Made by a program: the position numbers and the translations under genes
Part shown: positions 9,827-21,800 of the stretch, piece after piece
How the letters are laid out: each line of letters begins with the position of its first letter
Position numbering within the stretch: position 1 is the stretch's first letter
Virus record (IMG/VR): IMGVR_UViG_3300011113_000476
Coordinates: 1 to 57,569 of that record
Length of the DNA: 57,569 nucleotides
From: a virus
Taxonomy: Duplodnaviria > Caudoviricetes
Reading direction: 5' to 3' (one strand)
The notes under the pieces: generated by a model
Databases searched by the model: none
What the model was told of the DNA's origin: nothing
What the model saw: the letters and a program-made list of their open reading frames with translations, nothing else

Positions 9827-12800
9827 ATGCCAATTACTAAAACAATAAATTTTCTACCAGCAGTATTTCAGTCTGACACTAACAAGCGATTTTTAAACGC
9901 TACTCTTGATCAGTTAATGACTGAACCAAATTTGGTTCCTATTAATGGTTATGTCGGAAGAAAATTTGCCCCCGGATTTAAAGGAATCAATACCTACATT
10001 AAAGAGCCCACTGAGCTTCGTGCAGATTACCAATTGGAGCCTAGTGTAGTCGTAAAAAATAAAGACACTGGGGAAGTAGATTTTCACACTACATACCCTG
10101 AAGTTTTACAAAAAATAGATTTCTACGGCGGAAAGATTGATAATCAAGACAATCTGTGGGAAAGTAATTTTTACAGTTATAATCCAAGAATAAACGCTGA
10201 TGCATTCATTAACTTTGGTCAATATTATTGGCTACCTAACGGCCCAGAGTCTGTTGATGTATTTGCAGGCCAAGCAGATCTGTCACGTACATTTAATATC
10301 TATGCCGAAAATGGTTTGCAAGTTTATAATATAAGTGGATATAATACTGCTCCTAATCCTGATATTGTTTTGGCTCGCGGCGGAAATTATACATTTAATG
10401 TTAATCAACCTGGCAAGCCTTTTTGGATCCAAACAAGTCCGGGATTAAGTGGGCTAAGTCCTCAGACTAATTTAAGTACAAGGCAAGTGTTGGGTGTGCA
10501 AAATAACGGAACTGACGTTGGTACTGTAACTTTCTTTGTTCCGGATCCGACTGCACAGGATTTCTATATTACTATGCCAACAGTGCAAACAGTAGATTTA
10601 GTAAGCACAATAAGCTATGCTAATTTACAAGGCAAAATGTTGTCTGACATTAAAAATAATTACAGCGGCATCGACGGACAAGTTGCAAATTTAAACGGAA
10701 AATATATAATTTTTCCAAACTACAATTCAGATTCTAACTGGACTGCTAATTCTGTTACTGTGCCCGAAAATCAAAGATATGGAATTTGGACAATTGTTTT
10801 GACTCCAGTTGGTGCAGATTATATTATTAACCTAGCTTACTATTTGCCTATACCCAGCGAAAATAAAGTATTAATCTTATCGGGTGTTAGTTACGGTAAC
10901 ACTGAATGGTACACAAATTCTGAAAATTTTCTAGAACAGATACCAGTAATTACTGCTCCGTTGAATACATTATATTATCAAGATGGATCTGATGCAAATC
11001 AAGTTGGTACTATCAGACTTATAGATTCTAATAATAATATTATCAACATAGATGAGGAAGTAATCGGAAAAACAAATTATATTAGTCCCAATGGTGTTGT
11101 TTTTACCAACGGGCTAAAAATTAATTTTGACACCAGTGTTATACCTGCATCTTATCAAAATAAAGAATATTATGTTGACGGAGTAGGAACTGGAATTCGA
11201 TTAATCCCAGTAGCAGACTTAGTGGTCAATCAAGCACAGGCAAAATCGAATTATGATCCTGGTAACAACTTTGTATTGTATGCAACTGCTAATCTTAATT
11301 TAGCAGAAGATCAACTTACTATAACTACAACTGATTTTCCTGATGGAGTGAATGTAAAAGTTGGTACTTTTCCTAACAGTATTAACACAAATTATATTGT
11401 TGCTCAAGATCTCAAATTAAAATATCCGTATAGGCCTGGACTAAATGATCCAGGAGAACACGATAATCTTACATATTCGTCAGACATAATTGGAATCACT
11501 TTGCCAGGAATTCTTATTAACGGCGTGAGCAATGGGGCTTCGGTTCCTGGATTAGACGGTAGTAAATGGAACTACGATACTACTCAGGTACTAATAAATG
11601 GGCAAGACAGTTACGGCGGTTATCCATTGGAAAACGGTCGTTATGTCTATACAAATTCTAATTTCATTACAGCCAATGCATGGGGAAATGTATCAGGATT
11701 TACCAATGGATATTTAGATCCTGCAACAAATCATAGTAAACTTATAGGGTTTGCAGCAGACGGATATCCTATTTACGGACCGTTCGGGTATTCAAATCCA
11801 GTAAACGCTGGCAGCCCTATTATTCGCATGGTCAGTTCATATGAATCCACTAATGACGGACTATTCCGACCTGTGTCACAAACTGTGACTATCACGTCAG
11901 ATGTAATCAATAATAGTTTAATTACCGTATCTAGTACAAATGGATTGAATCCTGGCATGAGGATAACAATTAATTCTGGCGGTCTTGAGTCTGGCAGCGT
12001 ATGGATAATCAACAATGGTTTAAAAACAGCAACAGGATTACCGCCGTTCTTAGGCACAGCAAGTCAGATACAATTAAACAGGAATGTTACATTAACAGCT
12101 GGTACAACTTTAACGTTTGAATTTTTAGCAGGAGCCTTTATTGAGGATTATTCTTACGTACAAGGCAGTGGCACATTGGATCAATATAACGGCCGCTTTT
12201 GTGTAACACCAGAATTTCCAAACGGAACATATGCCTATTTTACAACACAGGCCAGTGATGGAACTCCAATTTATCCTTACATCATTGGAAGAGCTTTTTA
12301 CGGAAGTACAAGTATAGACACTAATACTAGTTTGTCTGAACCTGACTATATTGTGATTAGTAGAGCCAGTAGGGATCTTAATCCGTGGACTAGAAGAAAT
12401 CGATGGTTTCATAAAGATATTATCGAACTAACTAGTTTATACAATAATACTCCGCAAGTTTTTGATTCAGAACAACGAGCAAAACGGCCTATCATTGAAT
12501 TTGATGCAGATTTACAATTAATTAATTTCGGAAAAACAGCCAAACCTCCAGTTGATATATTTGATACAGTGTATACAAATGCATTTTTATCAATTGAAGG
12601 TAAGACTTCTGTTTTCGCAGACGGCATTAATCTGGTGCAAGGAATGCGTATAGTTTTTGCTGCCGACCAAGATCCATTTGTAAGAAATAAAATTTGGGAA
12701 GTGACACTGGAAAACGTATCTGGCAATCCGTTAGGATCTGCCATAATTCATCTAATTCAAGTTGATGTAATAGAAGAATTTAATACTGTCAGTGTTTTTA

Positions 12801-15800
12801 ACGGTATAGTTAATAACGGTAAAAGTTTTTACTTTCAGAACAGTGGTTGGATCGAAGGTCAAAGTAAGACTAGTATAAATCAACCACCATTATTTGATGT
12901 ATTCGATAATGAAGGAATTAGTTTTTCTGATCAAATAAAATATCCAGTTATTAACTCAGCAACTCAATTTTTGGGTACAAAGATTTTTAGTTACAGACTT
13001 GGTACTGGTACACCTGACCCTGTGCTTGGTTTTTCTTTAAGTTATAAAAATTTTAATAACATCGGTGATATACAGTTCGATAATAATTTTGATGTTGAAA
13101 CGTTTAGTTACGGGATTGATAAAGTTGTATATACCAAAAAAATAGATTCGGGTCTATTGTATAAAAACAATGCAGATTCTAGTGTCACTAAACTTAACGT
13201 ATGGACTAATGTTAATACTAACACCAGACAAATGCAAGATATACCATTTACATATGATGGTATAGATAATACATTCAAAATCGACATTACTCCAGAGGTA
13301 GCAACGGTCAAACCTAACTTGTTAGTTTATGTTAATTTTAAAGAAATATCAATCAACGATTATTTGGCATATAATGTGCCAGACGGAATTTTAATTGTCA
13401 TAAAAAGAAATAAGTTACAAGTCAATGACAGAATCGATATTCTTGTTTACAGTAAAAAAATAAGTAAGCTTGGATTTTATCAAGTACCTGACAATTTAAA
13501 TTTAAATGCACAGAACAGAACGTTAGCAAGCCCGACATTAGGAGAGCTACGTAATCATATAGGTTCATTGAGCAGAAATAGTTTGTATTTTATTGGAAAT
13601 TATCCTGGAGTAAGTAATCTCAGAGATTTGTATATCGAAAATCAGTCTGGTACTATGTTGCAGCAAAGTGCGCCAGTCAGTTTTGCTGCTATGTTCCTAA
13701 GCGATGAAAAATATAATTTTGCATCTGGATTAATTAATGCTCAACAAGAATATACAAGATTTAAAAATAAGTTTATTAACATTGCCAGTAATAGCAGTCA
13801 AATCAATCCCAGCGATCCTGTTGGAGCAGTAGACTATATTATTAAACAAATAAATTCAGTTAAAGATAAGACTTTTCCTTGGTACTATAGCGACATGGTA
13901 CCTTATGGGGATAATAAAAATGTAATTACATACAATATTTTTAATCCGCAGCAACGTAATTATGAAATTACAACTATCTTTTCAAATGAAACATTAAGCA
14001 ACAAATCTATTTTAATTTATCTAAACGGTAGTCAATTATTGTACGGACGTGATTATGAATTTTTAATAACAGGCCCTGGTGTCAGTATTAAAAATAATGT
14101 AACATTGGCAGTTGGCAATATTCTTACGATTGTTGAATATCAAGACACAGACGGTAACTGGATCCCCGAAACACCTTCAAAATTGGGTCTTTATCCAAAA
14201 TTTACACCGGCAATTTACACTGACATAACATATACCCAACCTCAACTTATGATCAGAGGTCACGATGGTAGTTTGACACCTAGTTTTGGTGATTTCAGAG
14301 ACAACATAGTTTTAGAATTAGAAAAACGCATATACAATAACATTAAGGTTCAATACAGCGATAAATTGGTATCTCCCTACGATTCTATTCCAGGCAAATT
14401 TAGAGATACTGGGTTTACGATCTCTCAATATAATAATTTATTATCTCGCTTTTATTTGCAATGGGCCAGTGTTAATAATTTAAATTATGTAGAAAATACC
14501 ACGTATCAAAATGATGCACCTTTTAGTTATAATTACAGCACTGCATTAGATATTGTCAATGGTCAGAATCTACCTGGTTCTTGGCGTGCGTGCTTTCAAT
14601 ATTTTTATGATACTCAACGACCTAATACTGCTCCGTGGGAAATGTTAGGATTCAGTGAAGAACCAGACTGGTGGAGATCTACTTACGGACCTGCACCTTA
14701 TACATCTGGCAATAAAATTTTATGGGACGATTTAGAAGCTGGTTTTATTGCAGCTGGGCCCCGAGCAGGAGTTGACGCCAGATTTGCAAGACCCGGACTA
14801 AACGAATTTATTCCAGTAAATGAAAACGGACAATTATTGCCACCTATCGGTCTTTTAACTAACAAGTATGATTCTACCCAATTCAATGATAATTGGAATA
14901 TGGGGCAGTATAGTCCGATTGAAACTGCTTGGAGGAATAGCAGCGAATATCCGTTTGCAGTACAATACACTTCTGCCATAATTAATCCTGGAAAATATTT
15001 TGCGTATGGGATTACAACAAACAAATACCGATACAATCCTGATTTAGATCAATATTTGATAACAGGTACAAATAATAGAATTACGCAGGAAGACATCGAC
15101 GTCAATGGATATGTAAATTCGTCGGGGGATATATCCAGATCTTCGGGATATTTAAATTGGATCAGTGATTATCAAGTAGCTCGCGGAGCAACAGACAAAA
15201 CTCCATTACTAAATTTTGTCAGAGACTATTCTATTCAATTGTCTTATAGAATGGCAGGATTTAGCGGTAAAAATTATTTAAAGATATTAGCTGAACAAAA
15301 CAGTCCAAACAGCAGCAATGAAACTATTATTATTCCAGACGATAATTATGCTTTAACATTAAATAAGTCCACTCCTGTTTTTAATTCTAGATATAGTGCT
15401 GTGATAATAGAAAAAACCGGCAACGGCTTTACTATTTCTGGCTATGATAATGCAAAGCCGTATTTTACAATTGTTCCGCCTTCTCAGACTGGCAATTATC
15501 TACTAGTTACATCGGAAGGTCAAAGTGTAAATTACTATAATGAATTTACAAATTTTAAAATTAATATACCGTACGGCACTGAACTAACTACCTTACAACA
15601 AGTTGCAAACTTTATAAGCGGATACGAAAGATATTTGCAACTGCAAGGTTTTAAATTTGAATACTATGACGAAACACTGGCCCAAATTAAAGATTGGCAA
15701 CTAAGTGTAAAAGAATTTTTATTCTGGGTACAACAAGGGTGGACAAATAACAGTGTCATAGTATTAAGTCCCGCTTCTAATAATTTAAAATTATTCAATA

Positions 15801-18800
15801 ATAATGCAGTAGTGGATGGAATCAATAATACATTCTATGGCACAAAAGTATTAAACCAAAACTATAAAGTTTTGAATACAGATAACTATACTGTAACTAG
15901 AGATAATAACACATTTGCCTTATCGTTAACTAGCACCACTGATCTAATAGGATATGTGGATCTTAATTTAGTACAATATGAACATGTTTTGATTTTTGAT
16001 AACAGAACACAGTTCAATGATATTATATACGATCCTATAATGGGACAACGTCAGTACCGTTTAAAACTTATTGGTTCTAAAACAGGAGAGTGGACCGGAA
16101 CACTGTCTGCACCAGGATTTATTTATAACCAACCAGGTGTGGCTGCGTGGAGACAAAATAAAGATTATTTACAAGGCGACTTGGTTGAATATAAGAGTTT
16201 TTATTACACTGCCAGCAAAAACTTACCAGGAGTGTCTGAGTTTAAATTTAGTGATTGGTTACCTGTAGACAAGAATAAAATTAGAACAGGATTATTAAAC
16301 AATTTTGCTCGTAATTCAGGAATTGGGGAAACATTTTATAATGTCGATAAAGTTAACTTAGAAAGCGAATTTGATCAATACGCATTAGGGTTAATTGGCT
16401 ATAGAAATAGAAATTATTTAAATGATTTAGGCCTAGATGATACTAGCCAGGTTAAATTCTATCAAGGTTTCATTAAAGAAAAGGGTACACTAAATGCTAT
16501 TAACGCTTTAGGTAAAGTTAGCTTTAGTGGTCGCCCAAGTGATGTAACTATCAGTGAAGATTGGGCATTTAGAGTTGGATCTTACGGTAGTACCGGAACA
16601 AATCGATCTGTAGAACTAGTTCTCGACGAGAGATACGTATTAAGTAATCCTACTAGCTTAGAAGTTCGATCAAATAATTCTGTATTGTTTAGCTCTCTTT
16701 ATAATGATAGTCAAGGATTGTATAAAACTAGTTTAGTACCATGGTCACCACCATTTTTAATAAACAGAACAACCGACAGTGATTACAGTGATGATATTCA
16801 AACGGCTGGATATGTTAGTGTAGACGATATCGATTTTACACTTTTTGATTTAACTAATATTTCTACATTAAATGCAGATATAGCCGACATAACTGCCGGG
16901 TCGACAATTTGGATAGCAAAAGATTATGAACAAAATTGGAACGTATACAGAGTATCTGATTCAGAATCTAATGTTATAAGTTTAAGTAATGCTTTGAATA
17001 CAAGGGTTCAAGTAACTACAAATAAATCACATGGCCTAGTAAAAAATGACACTATTCTATTAACCGGGTTAGATAAATTTACTGGATTTTATAAAGTTCA
17101 AAGTATTATTGGATTAACCAGTTTTGTAATTGAGTTTACTGGTGATCTGAGAGGATTTAGCACATTCAATCAAACTGGTCAATTGTTTAAATTAATCAGT
17201 ATGAAAACTGAAAATCCTCTTGGCATTATGGAATTAACTCCGAGATTAGGGTGGAGTGTTAATAATAAAGTATGGGTAAATTCTTATAATTCTGCAGGTG
17301 ATTGGGCCGTTTATAATAAGACAAATCCGTGGGAATTAACCACCGCATTGCAAAAAGGAACATTGGAAAATAATTTTCAATTTGGTGCAGCAGTAAATCT
17401 TGCAAGCGACGATAATTTTGCAGTAATTGGACAACCTGGATATAACGGCAATGTTGGTGCTATTACCAATTATGTTATTAATTTCAATGGAATTCTAGTA
17501 GAAGATGTGACTCTTACTTCCAGCGCAAATGCCACAGTTGGTTTGGGATCTGTTATCGAAAGTGGAAATACCAAAGTAATAACGGGCGCTCCAGACAGTG
17601 GCAACGGTGTCGGATATGTGTTTGTTTATGAAAGAGAAAACATCGGAACATTGTCTGATATTCAGATATTATCACCAGTCAGCGCCAACATCGGACGATT
17701 TGGAACTAGTATTGCTATTAGCGCAGATGATAACTGGTTATATATCGGTGCACCGGACGATGACATTGTTTACATATATGGGTTTGATAACACTGTACCT
17801 GAACAGGCAGTAGTAACATTGACTCCCAACGGATCAGTTAGTTCATTTACTCTACCGTACGAGCCAGTGAGTGCAGAAACTATCTATGTTCAGGGATCGT
17901 CAGCAACGTATGTTCCCCATAGGGACTATACTGTAAGTTCTTCGACTATTACTTTTACATCTCCTCCCCCTGCAGGAACAATAATCATTTCCCAAGGTCC
18001 AGGCTACAACCTAATAGGAACAATCTCAGGTAATGCAGGTAGTCAATTTGGTTACAGTTTGAGTGCTACTGTTGACGGGTCACAGATTATGATTGGCGCT
18101 CCTTTAGAAGATGTAACAGCTAATATCAGCGGTAATATTACAACATATACAGATTCTGGTGCAATACATTTATGGAATAGATCAATTAATAATTTTATTG
18201 TTCAAGATAATTTTACTGTTACATTCGCCGCTATTGCACCCGTTACCAACTATACAAGAGTATACGTTGATAACATAGAAAAATTTGTTGGAGAAGATTG
18301 GTATGTTAGTAATAGTACACTGAATTTAATAACATTTTACAGCCCACCTGGACAAAGTAAAATATTAACTATAGAAACAAATGTATTTCATCTAATTCAA
18401 ACTATAGTGCCAGCACAGCCATACACTGATCAACAATTTGGTTATAGTGTTGATATATGCACAAACAGTTGTAGTTTATATGCCGGAGCCCCTTATCAGT
18501 CTCAGGTCAACTTATATAATGGGGCAGTTTATCGCTTTTTGAATCAGGGAAAAGTGTACGGCGAGATACTAGGAACTAAAGCTAATGCTACAGTAAACAG
18601 TGGGGATTCTATTAGAATTAATAACTATGCAGTGCAATTCACTGACACATCGTTGTCGAGTGTAGTTAATGCAATCAACAATGTAAATGCACTGGGTGAA
18701 CCTATTGGTCCTAAGATTCCTGGGGTTACTGCAAGCATTGAAAACAATAAACTAAAATTAGTCAGTGATTCAGAAGTTACATTTAACAAATTAAATGTGT

Positions 18801-21800
18801 TACCTGGTATAGGAACAGCGATTGCAGATTTAGGTTTAGATATTTTTCCTGAAGTTGATATCATTTATAATAATTCAACTAAATCCTATGATTATTTTGG
18901 AAAACTTGTTAAGGTAAACAACAACAGTGATATACTAGTGGTAGCCAGCGATATTGCAGCAACACTGCAATCTACCGTTTTTGATAATTCTAAAATATAT
19001 ACACCAAGTCCAACAACGTTTGACGGAGAATTAACAATTTTCAGTGAACCTGTAGATGATAGCGGTGCAGTTTGGATTTATTCATATCTGCCAAATGATA
19101 TATCTACTATAGAATCTCCTGGTACGTTTACTTTCATTCAGCAGTTAACTCCTACCACTACAAATGACGGATTAAAGACAAATGATAGATTTGGTAGCGC
19201 TGTATCTATCAGTAAATATGAATTGATTGTTGGATCTAAGAATAATAAACAGTTAGCATTTAATGGAGGAAGAGTTTATAAGTTTGCTAACCCAACAAAT
19301 CTTCTAGGATGGGATGTATTCAGAAGTCAAGAACCCACTGTTGATATTAATGGTATTATTAAATCATATACCTATAATGCACTAAAGCAAACAGTTCAAT
19401 ACAACTTAGATTATATAGATCCAGCAAAAGGTAAAATTCTTGGCCTAGCCGAGCAGGAACTTACTTATAAGATTGATTATGATCCGGCTATCTATAATAA
19501 TGCTAGCGTTGATAATGTAAGTGTTAATAATAATCTTTATTGGACTGACCAACAAGTAGGACAATTGTGGTGGGATTTAAGCACTGTTAGATATATCGAT
19601 TATGAGCAAGGTAGTATCAAATATAGAACCACAAATTGGGGACGAGTATTCCCAGGCAGTAGCATAGACGTCTACGAATGGGTAGAAAGTTTATATCCTC
19701 CTAACCAATATGTTGCAAACGGCGGTGATGGAGAACCCAAATACAATGGAAATGGTGCATATGTAACATTAAACTATGTAGATCCTGCTACAAATTTTGC
19801 CACAGTAAAATATTATTTCTGGGTAAAAAATAAAACAACCGTATCTACTAATCAATTTGGAAGAACTATTCCCACAACAACAGTGGCCAGCTATATTGAA
19901 TCTCCTAAAAATAGTGGAGTGAAATATTTTGCCGCAGTGAGAAATGATTCAATTGCTCTTTACAATATGGTCAACGAAACAGTGGGCAGGGATGTTATAT
20001 TTCATTTAGATTATGCAACATTGTTAAACAGTAATATCATCCATAATGAATATGCATTGTTATCGGCCACCAATAACAAGTCTGAAAATATACCAAATAA
20101 TATATACAATAAATTATTAGATAGTGCCAGCGGAATTGATAGATTTGGTAATCCTGTTCCGGATCCGACGCTTGCAGTGCAAAATAGATATGGCATTGAT
20201 ATCAGGCCTCGACAAAGTATGTTCATTGATAGAAATGAAGCAATTCGAGAAATGGTTCTATATGTTAATTCTATTTTTGACTTAAACGTTATTAGTCAGG
20301 GCTATGATTTAACCAGATTAAGCCAAGGCGAACCCGAACCTGCTCCTAATTCTGGAGCTTATAATTTAATAGTATCTAATCTTGAAGAATTAAGTTATGT
20401 AAATATTGCAATTCTTCCAATGGGATATAAAGTATTAGTCCAGAGCGATAGTTCAGTGGATAATTTATGGACCATCTATATTAAAGATGGAGTAGTTGAG
20501 AATTGGCAACCAAACACTCGATATTTAACAAACACAGTTATTGACTATAACAGTATCACGTATACTGTAAATCAGACTATTACAACTGGTGCAACGTTTG
20601 ATGTAAACGATTACACTTACTATCAAGTACAAAACGAATGGAATTTGATTAGGGTACAAAGTTACGCAACCAGTGAATACTGGCAATATAAAGATTGGTA
20701 CGCTCCTGGATTTGATAGAACAGTAAAACCAACTTATACTATCGAAACTAGTGCTCAATTGAACGATTTAACTTTGCGGTCAAAAGATCTTGTTAAAATT
20801 AATAACAACGGCCAAGGCAAATGGTTCCTGATTCAGGTATATCCTAACACGGTGACCACAGTGGGGATTCAAGATGGCACTATCGAACTTAAGAAAAATC
20901 TTTACGCATTAGAAGAATTTGGACTTGGTTTTGATTCAGCTAATTTTGACACCACAAGATTCGATCAAAATCCTGGAATTGAAACGCGACAGATTATTCA
21001 AACTCTTAAAGATGATATTTTTATCGATCAACTTGATTCTGATTTCTTAAATTTATTCTTTGTATTCATTAACTATATACTAGATGAACAAAAGTATGTG
21101 GATTGGTTATTTAAAACTAGTTTCATTAATGTATTGCAAAAGATACAAGGATTAAATCAGCCTGCAATTTACATCAAAGAAAATCAAGAATTCTATAAAC
21201 AATACATAGAAGAAGTTAAACCTTACAAAACTACTCTACGAGAGTATGTAGTAGATTATCAGGGCTACGATAATTATAACAGTTATGTTTCAGATTTTGA
21301 TGTTCCACCAACTTACGATAGTGTATTAAAAACTACAAGAAGTCCCAGCGGCGAATTTATTCAGGATGCGAGATTGTTGCAGCAGCCCGAATATGCCAAC
21401 TGGTTATCTAATTATGCTTATAGCATTGCGTCTATAGATATTATAGATGGGGGATCGGGATATACACTACCTCCAATTATTACTATTACAGGTAGCAGAA
21501 ATGGAAATAATGCAGTAGCCCGGGCACTAATAACCAGCGGAGTACTAACAAGAATAATATTATTATATCCTGGAAGTGATTATGTTACAACCCCAGTAGT
21601 TACTATAACAGGCGGCAACGGTTCGGGCGCTATAGCTCGCGCTAATTTAATCAATAACTTAGTCAGAAATATTAAAACTACTTTGGTGTATGACAGATAT
21701 ACATATTCTACTACCATTGTGGATTGGAAACCAGACACTACATTTACTCAAGGTACAATAATTGATTACAACGGTGTTGCTTATATTGTAAATCAAACAT

